From positions 24,180,001 through 24,244,000 of the forward strand of contig OZ024755.1 of the NCBI GenBank assembly GCA_964016885.1: a stretch of 64,000 bases of DNA. Direction: 5' to 3'. The notes under the pieces are model-generated. The model was not told where the DNA came from. It was given only the letters and a program-made list of their open reading frames with translations, and did no database searches. The stretch is from Eledone cirrhosa (lineage: Eukaryota). Made by a program: the position numbers and the translations under genes. Positions 1 to 11,429 of the stretch are shown here, piece by piece (position 1 is the first letter of the stretch; every line of letters begins with the position of its first letter).

Positions 1-49
1 CATCTCTGAGCTTTACAAATCAATAAGGAACCAACTTCCACATTAAAAT

Positions 50-265
50 GGTATCTGATTTAGACACAAGGCCAGCAATTTGAGTGGAGGGAAGTCGATT
101 AAATCGACCCCCCAGTGCATTACTGGTACTTTATTTTACTGATCCCATAAGGATGCAAGACAAAGTTAACCTTGGCGGGATTTCAACTCAGAACATAAAG
201 GGCTGTAACTATGCCATCTACGCCACAAAGCATGTTGCCCGAGGCTCTACCAATACTGCTAATAC
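50..265 (-). mobile_element. SINE family A (tRNA-like head, Deu/Nin-like central domain), diverged long variant
   Basis: Reverse complement matches the other copies: B-box-like GAGTTGAAATCCCGCC, then ...CATCCTTATGGGATCAGTAAAATAAAGTACCAG. Confidence 0.8.
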
Positions 266-779
266 AATATAAAAAGTATCAATATTTCAAAAACATAATA
301 CTCTGTAGTATCTTTGGTTTGTCAGTATTTAAAGCATTAGAACTACCTGTTTAATTAAGGAATACCCACCTCTATGTTAGACAGAAATTTATTAATACAT
401 ATAGTAGATTAAATGTGAAATTCTTTGGAGGAAATAGCACATGAAAGATCAGCTTTGCAGCAATAAATTTTTATTACTAGCTTTAACTACACTGTGTCAG
501 CATGCTACCACACCTGATGTTGTTTATATTACATTTGTGACTACATAATATTGATTTCTATCAACTAGGAAGCAAACCCATGGAATTTCAAGTTGAAACA
601 TAATATAACAATATTATCAACTGCAAAAATTGAAGACAATATGAAGAGCTCTTCACCTCTGATATCAATATCTATATTATAATATGAGAGATCTGTCTGT
701 TTATCTATCCATCCATTCCTCAGTCTGTCATGCTCATTTTATATAGAGAGGGAGGAACGCTAAGTGAAAGAGATATACA

Positions 780-1000
780 TAGATAGATTTCTTTATTAGC
801 CACAAGGGCGCAACAAGAAAAGGGGACAATACAAAGACATGCCGGGGATTTTACATACAGTCGTGTAAAAAATATAAAAACAAACAATTTCAACAATCGA
901 AATCCCCAATAGGGGGGGAGGCGCCACAAATGGGTTGTTTAATACCCCGTCGATAGAACAACCCTCAACTCCAGGAGCGTGTTGTGCAAGTGCTCCTTTC
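780..1000 (-). mobile_element. Possible LINE (Tx1/L1-like) 3'UTR fragment
   Basis: Minus strand ends CCCTTGTGGCTAATAAAGAAAT followed by (CTAT)n. A similar end (CTTAATAAAGAAATCATTATT) occurs near 15020-15050. No coding evidence. Confidence 0.35.
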
Positions 1001-1377
1001 TTCCTTTTGCTCTCTTCCTCAACCTACAGGCTTATAAACAGAGAATGCCCAATCACATAGAGAGAGAAAAGGGAATGCCGTGTGACAGAAAGAGGTAGAT
1101 AGACAGAAGGTTATGATATTTCCTTCATCTATATATATAGAGAGAGGGAGCACCAAGTGAAAGAGATGTACATAGATAGAGAGAGAAAAGAAACGTCATT
1201 TGTTTAGAGAGTGTGTGTATGACAGATCTAGTTGTAACAAAAGAAAACTGTTTCTTTAATTTTCACATATTTTAATTAATTCTTTTTCAAATCACAATTA
1301 AAGAAAAATATCATTGTTGGTTGCAAGTTTCTGATATGCCAATTACTGGTACACTGAATATACTGGACCTCATATTC

Positions 1378-1553
1378 ACTTTTGTAAATATGGTTGGTGG
1401 TTGGCATTCGGAAGGGCATCCAGCTGTAGAAACCAAGCCAGAAACAATTCTGAGTAAGCAAGACACAGTCACCTGACCCAACATGCCCCAAACGGGACAG
1501 CCCATCTAACCCATGCTAGCGAGGAAAAATGGACATTAAACAGTGATGATGAT
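1378..1553 (+). mobile_element. RTE 3'UTR / SINE-tail fragment with (GAT)n tail
   Basis: GGAAGGGCATCCAGCTGTAGAAA...CTAACCCATGCTAGC...TGATGATGAT, homologous to the 3'UTR of the RTE at 43657-44420. Confidence 0.75.
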
Positions 1554-1719
1554 ATTGAGTATATAACTGAATTCATCCAAATATCTTATGAGCGTTCATT
1601 ATGTTTGTCCTGGAAGAACAATCCTAAGATTTGAACTCACAAGCATGAGATGCCGTGCTTTATGTTACAAAGGACCTAGTTTAGTTTTCTTTTTTATTGT
1701 CACATGTTTCTAATGTGGG

Positions 1720-2013
1720 GAGGGTTGGATTTAGACTTTAGGGAGCCCAGGGCACTTCAGGTTTAGAGCAAACCCCTCTTACACAAAAAGTTAGAATACA
1801 CAGCAACCCCCCGCCCCAATTTTACATATCAAAGTTAGCTTGTCACAAGTAATTGGAATTGAAAAGTTATACCTTCAAAAATTATAACCATCCTAAAAGT
1901 AGAAAGCCCAGCTGAGGGCACAAATAAATTACTATGGCTGTTGGTGGTAAGGCTCCCCACTGCAGGGGCCTGGACCAATTGCCCCCTTTGCCCCCCCATT
2001 AAATCTGGCTCTG
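1720..2013. mobile_element. hAT-like MITE, diverged
   Basis: Ends AGGGTTGGATTTA ... TAAATCTGGCTCTG resemble the CAGGGCCGGATTAA TIR of the hAT at 39764-41550. TSD not clear. Confidence 0.5.
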
Positions 2014-2761
2014 AATGTTTCATGTACAAAAGAACAAGAATGAAAACTATAAACTGTAAAATCAATGGAAGATTCTATTATTTCAATCATTGCTATCTTC
2101 TTGAAGATATTTTCCTCATGTTTCTTAAATCCTTCCTACTTTTTAAAATAGTGATTTTAGAAAAAAACATTTTCAAAATTTTCTCAATGACAAGTGACAG
2201 GGGAAAATATAGCTGTCAATGTTTTCCTAGTAAAATATTAGTTTATTTCCTTCTGTTAATATTAAGACATATCTATGTCATATTATGTATGTGAGGTGGG
2301 AAGTATATATGGATATGTAGAGTGTATATGACAGAAAAAGTTAAAGAAATAAAGCGAGAGGGAGATGTGATTGGAAGTGAGAAGAAAGAAGACATGTATC
2401 CATTATAGCATTTGATTAAGATATTAAAAACAAAATATTCTTTCTTCCTTTAATTTATTCTTTGTTTCAATGACTTTAAATTGTACACTTTCAAAGGAAA
2501 CATGCAACACATTCTTATTTTCTAAGTATTGTCTCCAAGAATAATAGAAAATGACATTTTAAGCTATTTACTAATTTAATGATAGATTCGATAGTAAAAG
2601 ATAAGCAAGTAAGTAAATACATTGTATCTTCAAAGCAATCCACTTTTAAATATTGAATTGTACATGAAAGACAACAACAATTTGAATGGTTATTCAAATA
2701 AACCTGAAGGAAAATTTCACAACAGAAGACATTTCATATCAGAAATCAACAATATATATAC

Positions 2762-2812
<51 letters not shown>

Positions 2813-2905
2813 GTAGAACACTGGAAGGTAATATCTGTAGTGGTAGAGCACTCAGTCCATGGGACGAGTTAGGTAGAAGTGGTTACACAACAGTTAGTTC
2901 ACCAT

Positions 2906-2946
2906 ACTGAGAACAATTGTTTCACCTTAGCGGATCCTCAGCTCGT
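2906..2946 (-). ncRNA. Minimal hammerhead ribozyme in Penelope pseudo-LTR
   Basis: Minus strand: GAG-CTGAGGA-tCCgctaaGGt-GAAA-CAATTG-TT-CTC. Stem I GAG/CTC, palindromic stem III, GUU triplet. Confidence 0.75.
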
Positions 2947-3105
2947 AATGGACATGGTTATATGGAACAGGAACGACAACCGAATGAACGCGCATGCACA
3001 GAAACGATCACTTCACACAGGCAATACTAAAATGTGTGCGAGAGGTGTAAGGGAGATAACTGCGAAAGTTTCTAGTTGATAAGAAAATTAGGATGTTGTT
3101 TTAAT

Positions 3106-4002
3106 TCAATCCGGAGCTTTGTAGTTATATAAGAGGTGTTTCGAGACATGTGGACAACATGTGAAGAATTCATTTCTCGTATTTAGGCAATCACTATTGC
3201 ATAATCTCTTTAGAATATTTATTCGATCATCAATACATAGTCCACACGACGGAGTGATGGCTTTACATTGAATGGAGTAGTCTATACTTGAGTCCTTGAG
3301 GGACCATACGTGGCTCGCGAGTTTCTTGGATGACCATCTGTCCGGGTACTTAAAGGTCAACTGGTGGTTCAGGAAGCGTTCCTTAAATCGGTCCTCCGCC
3401 ATACCCACATAGGATTTGACCTCCTGTGGTTGATTTGGTCGGTTGGAAGTGACCACAGCTTCATAAACTACAGCGGGTGTGTTGCATTGCTGTTGAAGGG
3501 GACAAGCTTCAGGCTTATGGCATGAGCACCCTGGTGGGGTGTTGCTCTTAGGGCTGTTGGTCATGTGGGCCTTCATGTTCTTAGCACAGGAGTATCCTAG
3601 TTTTACTTTGTGTCGGTTAAAGATGGAGCGGTATTTATGACCTATGGGAAAGTGTCTATCTAAGAGGGCTAGAAATGTTTTGCCTACATTGGTTTTAACG
3701 TTGAATGAGAAGGGAGGAGAGAACCAGATAGTTTGTCTATTGTTACGCTTTCTTTTCTTATTGCTGTTGTTGATAGTGGGAGAGTAAGTGATAGGTTGCG
3801 AGAAGCCGCTGTTAGCTAACGCCGTGTTATAGTAGGGTGCTGCCCTGTCAAAGATAGCCTTATTAGAGGAGAGGTTTGAGATTCTAGTACTGATATTATT
3901 TACGAAGTTTCTAAAAACAGTGGGAGGGTGGCATGAGTCCTTGTGAATGTAATTGAGTTTTTCGTTTAGCTTATGGAAGGGTCTGTAGGTGTGCGCGAAG
4001 GT
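3106..4002 (-). pseudogene. Stop-free frame of the Penelope-like ORF (RT thumb/linker plus GIY-YIG); frameshift near 3992 separates it from the upstream FLD motif
   Basis: The ORF-track peptide 3106-3576 extends without stops to about 4002 on manual translation. A short deletion is likely in the endonuclease (DYSIQCKAITPSCGLC). Confidence 0.85.
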
Positions 4003-4844
4003 CTAAATTAATGTCTAAGAAATCTACGCTAGAGAGATTGGTGCAGCAAAACCATTTCTTTATGCACTTTTTTAGTGTTCAAGAATTGCTGACACAATTG
4101 TTGCACAAAGATATTAATAATTCATAACACAAATATAGAATAGATATATATAAAATAAAATAAAACACTGATATACTGTAAATAACATCAAATATGAATT
4201 TGGGAAGAAATTGAATTTAATGTTGCAAGCAATATTCTGTGGCTGAAAATCAACAATAAACAAAACTATAATCGACATGTCTTAAAAAATGCCTGTTTTC
4301 TCTCTTATTGATAACTTTCTCCAAAACAAAATAATTTCATTGACATTTCTTAGTTTTTTTCTTTCTATATTCCCTTGAACATGTCTTTATCTTTCATTGT
4401 TTCTTGGAGCTTCTACAATTCTTTAGTTATAGTATTCCCTTGAACATTCTATAATCCTTTCATTCTTACTTCTCTGTAATTAACTGAAATGAAGCTATTT
4501 CACTATTTCTTAAAACTGCAGCAGTGAATTAGCTAACTAACCATCCTCTTAGCAAGGAATTGATGTAATATCTATCGGTGAACATAAAAAGAGACTGTTG
4601 GAGCACAACAACATGAAGAATATTTATGGCACATTTTTTTCCCTTGAGTTGTGCCATAATTGAAGATAAAAAAGAAAATACTTCAAACTATAAGGAAGTA
4701 AAAGTAAGAAAATATATTCTATGTGTTTCTAGCAGGTTCGAATAGTTAGTGGTTTAGTGCTTTACTGGTCAAATTAGATCTATCTCTGAACACAGTTTAT
4801 AATTAGTAGTTATATGTACACTAAAGTTATGTTGGTATCACAAA

Positions 4845-5510
4845 AAGGCATCCAGCCCGCACTGTAAAGTGGTCATGTAGGAGTCACAACAAAAAGCACC
4901 CAGTACTCACTGTAAATGTGGTCGTGTAGGAGTTACGACAAAAAGCACCCAGCCCACACTGTAAAGTGGTCATGTAGGAGTTACAACAAATAGCACCCTG
5001 TATTCACTGTAAATGTGGTCGTGTAGGAATCACGACAAAAAGCACCCAGTACTCACTGTAAATGTGGTCATGTAGGAGTTATGACAAAAAGCACCCAGTA
5101 CTCACTGTAAATGTGGTCGTGTAGGAGTTACGACAAAAAGCACCCAGCCCACACTGTAAAGTGGTCATGTAGGAGTTACAACAAAAAGCACCCTGTATTC
5201 ACTGTAAATGTGGTCGTGTAGGAATCACGACAAAAAGCACCCAGTACTCACTGTAAATGTGGTCATGTAGGAGTTATGGCAAAAAGCACCCAGTACTCAC
5301 TGTAAATGTGGTTGTGTAGCAGTCACGACAAAAAACAACCAGCATAAACTGTAAATGAAGTTGTCATTAGGAAGGGCATCCAGCTATAGAAATCTAGCCA
5401 GAAACTTCTGTATGAGCAAGACACAGTCACCTAACCCAACTTGTCTCCAATAGGACAAAATGTCTAACCCATGCTAACATGGAAAGTGAACGTTAAAAGA
5501 TGATGATGAT
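4845..5510 (+). repeat. About 10 tandem 48-49-bp units followed by an RTE-type 3' end with (GAT)n tail
   Basis: Unit ACTGTAAATGTGGTCGTGTAGGAGTTACGACAAAAAGCACCCAGYMCWC. The array runs into TTAGGAAGGGCATCCAGC...GATGATGAT. Confidence 0.9.
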
Positions 5511-5519
5511 GTACACACA

Positions 5520-5874
5520 TGTTGTCCAACAGTGTCGCCAGCTACTGGACAGATGGACCGGTTAAATTACCTGGGTTCTGGTTTGGTTCAGAACTCAAAA
5601 TGAACAAAAACTGGAATGAGGTAATGATTTGGGTGGCCACTCACCCAGAAAGGGGCTGAGAAGAAGCTATCCCTGAAAAGTCGGCTAAAGGTGCCAAACG
5701 TATCCATCATCTACCTACTGACTGACTGTCTGTCATGCCTTGTCCTGGTTCGTGTCTGACTGTACTGGAGCGAGTGCTTTTTCACTTTTGTGGAAGGGAT
5801 GAATGTCAATGGTCTAGCAGTCCATTTGTTGCTAACATCTGCTGTGTTGAGGAGTGGGCACACCATACCTGACA
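5520..5874. mobile_element. Unclassified GC-richer insert, possibly a solo LTR
   Basis: Bounded by TGTTG...TGACA. No convincing TSD and no second copy in the window. Confidence 0.25.
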
Positions 5875-6527
5875 TATACAGGTACTTAAGTTTCGTTGGG
5901 TTATACATTCCAACTTATTCAGTATGTTATATAAACAAAGATGGCTACCTCCACAGAAGATCTTTTTTTATGTTATTAGAAAATATATGTATGTATTTTG
6001 GTAGTAGTTCTAAAATAGTCTTATTCATAATACAAATGTATATGATGGTATAAACAATATGTGTATGTATAACAAACATATATAATATTAAGGATACTAT
6101 TTATAGTTATGTATATACTATACTATAAACAACTATAAACAGGGAAGGTCAGTAATTTATTACTACCTTATTACCAGTAAGTGTATTCAAACATATATAT
6201 ATATTTTGTTGACTGTTTTATTTTGTAATCAAGTCACAGTTATCTCACTAACTGTAATAATGTCAGACATTTTCAGGATTTCTTTATCCATTATCATTGA
6301 CGTTTATTCACTCACTTCTGAGATCGGATAAATTTGATCATAGAACTACCAAGACTAGTGACCTATTTTTACACACACTACAAAAATTGCTATACCCATG
6401 AAAAGGCTGGCTGAACACAGAAGATGAAACCACTTGGCATCGCAGTCAGGATTTTAACTATCTCTCTCTATGTATGTATGTATGTGTGTATGTATATATA
6501 TATATATATAGAGAGAGAGATAGATAG

Positions 6528-6906
6528 ATAGAATGGAAAATGAAAAATCAATGATGCATCGGAACTTAATTTATTGTGTGTTACAATTGTTTCCCCGGCA
6601 AACAGCTCGAGGTGTGAACTGTGTATGGATCTACCTGACTCTAGACTCGCATGTTCTTCGGACACGTCTCTTGAAAGAGGATATGCTCCGAAATCAATAG
6701 ACGTGTCCGAGGAACCTGCAAGTCAGGTCGATCCACACACAGACCGCACCTCGAGCTGTTCGCCGGGGAAACAATTGTAACACACAATAAATTAAGTTCC
6801 GATGCATCACTGATTTTTCATTTTCCATTCTATAATACTCTGTTCCATAGGAGCATAGAGTGCTCAACCGGCATACCGCCTATGGAAGCATCTTAGCTAC
6901 CATTAG
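6528..6906 (+). mobile_element. Penelope-derived fold-back (inverted pseudo-LTR) with hammerhead-like motifs and tail
   Basis: Inverted arms about 6528-6669 and 6699-6833. The tail 6835-6906 contains GAGTGCTC and is homologous (inverted) to 57618-57730. Flanked by TA/GATA microsatellites. Confidence 0.75.
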
Positions 6907-7564
6907 ATATATATAGATAGATATAATGTATGAGTATTACAACTGTAAAGTCTATTTCAAACCAATAATGATATATCTCAGAACACTACATTCATTCCTT
7001 CTTCAGGTGGAATACTAGCTCTGACACAAAGGTTGTGCTGACAAATTTTCACCCAAACAATTAAAAATAACAAAAAAAACTCTCCAACGATTTTAATGAC
7101 TATTCTTCAAAGAATATAGCTTTGTTTCCTCTTTACAGCTTAAAATTTTGCTGTTCTTAATCTTTTCGAGGTTAATTCAGGCTAATTTTTATGATCTCAG
7201 CAAAATGAACAAACAAGCTTAAATACATGTTGCTGTTTATATGAAGAAAACGTTATGAAGTGAATTGGGCTGATACAATTTAGCCTAGATCTGTTTTGAC
7301 TGAAGATGTGTTTTGACTGAAGATGTGTTATTACAAATAAGTATCATTACCACCACATCCACCATCATACCTGTTGTTGAGATATCAAAACATGCCCACA
7401 CAGAGATTTCTTCAACTCTGTTAAGATTATATTGCTGTTAAATGCTTGGATTCTTCTATTGAATATGATAGTTAAAAATTTACACTTAGTAAATATTGTA
7501 AGCACAAAGCCCAAGTAACATTGATAAGCTAGAGTCAACACTTATATATATATATATATATACA

Positions 7565-7846
7565 CAGTTTCACCCCGGTATTCGCCATGGTCCATAGTCC
7601 ATAAATATGCCTATAAACATCAAAACATAACGTAAAGTATAGGCCGGCAAATGCGGTATATTGTTATCAATAATTTAGCATTAAAAAGCATGAACAAATA
7701 TATATTGCCACAAAAAAAGCCATTAAAAAATCGTGAAAGATATTTACGATTCCGCGGATATGCGGTGGTTTCCATGAACAATTATTAGTTAGGTTCTAAG
7801 GAAAATTTCACGAATAATCGGGACTGCGAATGACAAGGGTACACTG
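7565..7846. mobile_element. Tc1/pogo (Tigger-like) MITE
   Basis: Imperfect TIRs CAGTTTCACCCCGGTATTCGC / GCGAATGACAAGGGTACACTG in TA-rich context. Confidence 0.6.
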
Positions 7847-8301
7847 TATATGTATGTATATATACATACATACATACACATATGGGACCCGAGAGTACTA
7901 TGTTGCACAAAACCAGCAATTGACATAATGAGATTCCTTTAAGTAATAACTCAATACATACAAAAATTGATGAAATGGGCGAGAATGTGGAAGACCTGTT
8001 ATGCTAATTTTTTAGGACTTCCTAATTTTTCCTACAATTGAATGAATCGGCTCTTTCAGGGAATGAGGCTTTACTGTTAGTTTATGCTTGGTTTATAAAA
8101 GAAGAGAAAATAACTCCAGAGTTATATACCAGGCATATGGTAATGTATATTAAAGGAGAATTGATAATTCTTGTTGAGGAAGAGTTTTAAAAAGAAAAGA
8201 AGATTCCCCTTACAAATATAGTGAGTGATATAACCAATGTGGATGATAGGCTGCCACCGTGGATTCATTACACAATTAATAAAGTCTGTGCTGAATATAA
8301 T

Positions 8302-8488
8302 TGTTTCTACTTTAGGCACAAGGCCAGCAATTACCCAGTGCATTACTGGTACTTTATTTTATCGACCCCCGTAAGGATGAAAGGCAAAGTCAACCTCGGC
8401 GGGATTTGAACTCAGATCGTAAAGGGACATAACTATGCTGGAAAGCATGGCGTCCGACCCTCTACCGATACTGCCAATCCACCGTCAT
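8302..8488 (-). mobile_element. SINE family A, young short variant with 15-bp TSD
   Basis: TGTGCTGAATATAAT at 8287-8301 and 8489-8503. A-box-like TGGCAGTATCGG and B-box GAGTTCAAATC on the minus strand. Confidence 0.9.
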
Positions 8489-9012
8489 TGTGCTGAATAT
8501 AATGGCAGTTCTTTGCATGATTTACTGACAAAATTTAATTGCAAATAACCTTACTGACTGCTTGCATCGCTTATTGGAATGTCATTACAGTAATTAACAA
8601 AATCAGAAATAATTCTCTCAATGACAGATTATTCAGACAGTTGTGTAAATAAAACTATGAAGAATTTAATTGCTTGCTATTACACACTGAAGTTTGGTGG
8701 TTGTTGAAGGGTGCCTGTCTGAATCAGTTTTATACTCTTTTTTTAAAGCAGATTTGGAATTCTCTCAAAACAAAAATATTTTCATGTAAGACAACTTGAA
8801 GAAGTTTAAAAGTGACACAGCTTACATATCAGATTTTTTTTAATTTCAAATGAAATTAAATGAATTTGCATCTGTAAAGAGATTAACTGAATTCGATTAA
8901 AATGAAGGATGCCATATGTAATATTTTAAAGATATTCTGTTCAAACACTACTTGGGATTTGGAGAATGTTTCCAGTTTCAGACGATTTCTGTACTCAAGG
9001 AGAATATAGAAG

Positions 9013-9159
9013 CAGTGCTGGATTTAGGACAAACAAGGCTGTGCGTTAATTAAGTTATGAGGCCAAAAAAATTTGAAAAATTCATCTAAAAATATTTTTT
9101 GCCAAGAAGATAGAGTCCCCCATGGGGCACACCTAAGCAAAATGGTAAATCTGACACTG
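9013..9159. mobile_element. hAT MITE (147 bp)
   Basis: TIRs CAGTGCTGGATTTA / TAAATCTGACACTG (11/14). Perfect 8-bp TSD TATAGAAG at 9005-9012 and 9160-9167. Confidence 0.8.
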
Positions 9160-9310
9160 TATAGAAGTACATGATAATCACATACAGGAGTTCAGGAGTA
9201 CTGCAGTCATTTGAAGAGTTACATAAGGACTTCTTTGAATGGTTTAACCCTTTAGAATTTACATTACTCTATATACTGTATTGTAGTTTTGTGGTAAAGG
9301 CTTTATCTTA

Positions 9311-9585
9311 TACTAGCAGAATGGCCCGCCGTTGCTCGGGATTCTAAACATAGATTGGCATGTTTATCCCTCCTTTCTGAAACAGTACAGAGAAGTACGG
9401 AATACCTCGGCCTCGGGATGGTGTCTACATTTTGTGGTTATAAAAAAAATTTGTCGTAGATTAGTTTTTTTTCCATGCGAAGAAAATCAATACTTTATCG
9501 CGAAATAAATACTTTTGTTTATATTTTGTTATTGTGTATGCAAAAATATCTGTACACGAATATATAATTATATATATATATATAG
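9311..9585 (+). mobile_element. Possible Helentron/HINE-like non-autonomous element truncating a piggyBac-type MITE (9248-9308)
   Basis: Starts TACTAGCAGAATGGCCCGCCGTTGCTCGGG (ACTAG plus GC hairpin) and ends in TATATATAG. Confidence 0.4.
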
Positions 9586-9780
9586 TGTAGGCAACACGGT
9601 AAAAACCTCCCAGACCCACACTGTAAATGTGGTTGGTGTTAGGAAGGGCATCCAACTGTAGAAAACCTGCCAGACAGTCCTATGCGAGCAAGACAATCAC
9701 TCTTGCCTCAAGTGGGACTACCCCCGTCCAAACCCATGCAAGCGTGGAACACGGACGTTGATGATGATGATGATGATGAT
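9585..9780 (+). mobile_element. 5'-truncated RTE 3'UTR with (GAT)n tail
   Basis: Essentially identical to the reverse complement of about 43660-43850. Confidence 0.9.
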
Positions 9781-9782
9781 AT

Positions 9783-10515
9783 TGAGTATATGCTGGTTGT
9801 ATACCAACCCCTCAGTATGCAGATTGGAGCACTGGATGAAGTGCGCAGTTTGGTTACTCTGGAGTAATGTAAAATAAAATAAAATAAATAAGTCAAATGT
9901 TTAAAATTTGGCTTTGTTTATTACTGCTATATATATTTCGGTGACAGCCATCTTTGGCTGTGACCTCTTCAGGCAGTCCGAATTAGTATGGTAGAGACGA
10001 ATACACATGTTGTTGAGGTGTATAACTTTGTCAATACTCTGATATGCCCAGTTCCTGGTTGGATTATTATTTCACTGAGGAACTGGAATCATGAATTTAA
10101 ACAAACGAATTTCAGCGTCAAATTTCTTCTCCTCTCATTGGTCAGTTGTTAGAACATTCCTCAGTCAAAAGTCTATAGAAATTCGTTCTGAGGTAAGTCA
10201 ATCTGTAGTTGTTGGTCTTGTTATTGTCAGGTACATCTGACCTCTATGCTTATGTTGGTAGTGGTGTTTTTGTTGGAATCAGCTCAAAAGAATGATAAAG
10301 TGGTAGAAGGAATAAGATAGTAAAGGAACAAAATAAAATAAAATAATCAAATAAAATGTGTGTGTGTGTTACACCCATCCCAATATTATAAAGATTTGTA
10401 TGGTCACTCTCCCCATTGGTCAGTTTTGAGAGCATTTCTCAGTCCAAAGTCTATAGAAATTCTTTCTGGGGTGAGGCTCCCTGTAGTGGTTGTGTTTGCT
10501 ATTGTTAAGTACATA
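9783..10515 (-). mobile_element. Penelope-related non-coding element with hammerhead
   Basis: HHR at 9923-9977 and an AGTGCTCC tail motif near 9815-9825 (minus). Diverged internal direct repeat about 10135-10235 vs 10412-10515. Extent approximate. Confidence 0.6.
9923..9977 (-). ncRNA. Hammerhead ribozyme
   Basis: Minus strand: ACTGC-CTGAAGA-GGTcACAGCCA aaga TGGCTGTcACC-GAAA-TATATA-TA-GCAGT. All three stems pair; AUA triplet. Confidence 0.85.
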
Positions 10516-10856
10516 CATGCGTGTGTGTATATATATATATCACTATCATCTGTTTAATGTCATTTTTCCATTCTAGCATATGTCACAAATTGGTGAGAAG
10601 TCTGACAGATAGCATTAGATAAGGTAAATACACAATACATATGAAGGCTTTAGATCATATATCTACTTGATTAAACAACAACTTAGGGCATCAGTTTGAA
10701 GCTTTAGTAATTGCATATTTCAAATGTTTCCCCTTAGCATTTTACAAAGATACTTTTCAGCAATTCATTGAGTCTAAATACTGCATTAATATGGGAGTTC
10801 CTAACAGATTATCTACGTATCTGATGTAACAGCTATTCCTCATAGACCTGCCACTT

Positions 10857-11170
10857 TGTGTGTGTGTGTGTGAGCGTCTACTTCCGCGTGAGCGTCTACT
10901 TCCGCGCGTGAGCGTCTACGCGCGCGTGAGCGTCTACTTCCGCCCGAGCGTCTACGTGCGCGCGAGCGTCTACGTGCGCGTGAGCGTGCGCATCTACGTG
11001 CACGTGAGTGTCTACGTGCGCGTGTGAGTGAGTGCATGTGTGTCTAGGTGTGCGTCTACGTGTGTGTGTCTGCGTGTGTGTGTCTGCATCTGTATGAGCG
11101 CCTGCATGCATGTGTGCATGCGTGTGTCTGCATGCGTGTCTGCGTGCCTGTCTGTATGTGCATGTGTGTG
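10857..11170. repeat. (GT)n microsatellite grading into a ~20-bp CpG-rich minisatellite (GTGAGCGTCTAC..)
   Basis: Direct reading of tandem units. Confidence 0.9.
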
Positions 11171-11179
11171 AAAATAGTG

Positions 11180-11428
11180 TTGTACTTATGATCATAGTGT
11201 CATAGGTTTGATTCCTGGGCTGGGTTGCATGTTCTTGAGCAAAACACTTCATTTCACGTTGCTCCAGTATACTCAGCTGAAAATGAGTACCAGCAATAGC
11301 TGGAGTTTTAGCCCTGCAATGAACTAGCATCCTATCCAGGAGGAAGTTTTGTAGTCTCAGTTGCTTCATGTCATGAAACCAGAATATCGACCGGCTTGAT
11401 GAACCTTCTGGATTGAGACAGACTTTTT
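11180..11428 (+). mobile_element. SINE family C (tRNA head, CTTGAGCAAGACAC-type domain, AGACTT tail)
   Basis: Homologous to 23176-23452 and 28425-28835. Confidence 0.75.
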
Positions 11429-11429
11429 C

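Larger units (their letters stand above)
2810..4040 (-). mobile_element. Penelope-like retroelement (Naiad-type), 5'-truncated: RT C-terminus, GIY-YIG endonuclease and 3' pseudo-LTR
   Basis: Minus-strand translation VDFLDINLDL / TYRPFHK...YIHKDSCHPP...IWFSPPFSFNVKTNVGKTFL...HFP...IFNRHKVKLGYSC, then CPLQQQC..VVYEA..YVGMAEDRFKERFLNH..CGLC..LNTRNE..CPH. The 3' region carries a hammerhead and abuts (TA)n at 2764-2809. Confidence 0.9.

Noticed and set aside
4845-5350. CRISPR-like appearance of hairpin-containing ~49-bp repeats
   Set aside because: No unique spacers and no cas genes; the units derive from an RTE 3'UTR in eukaryotic DNA.
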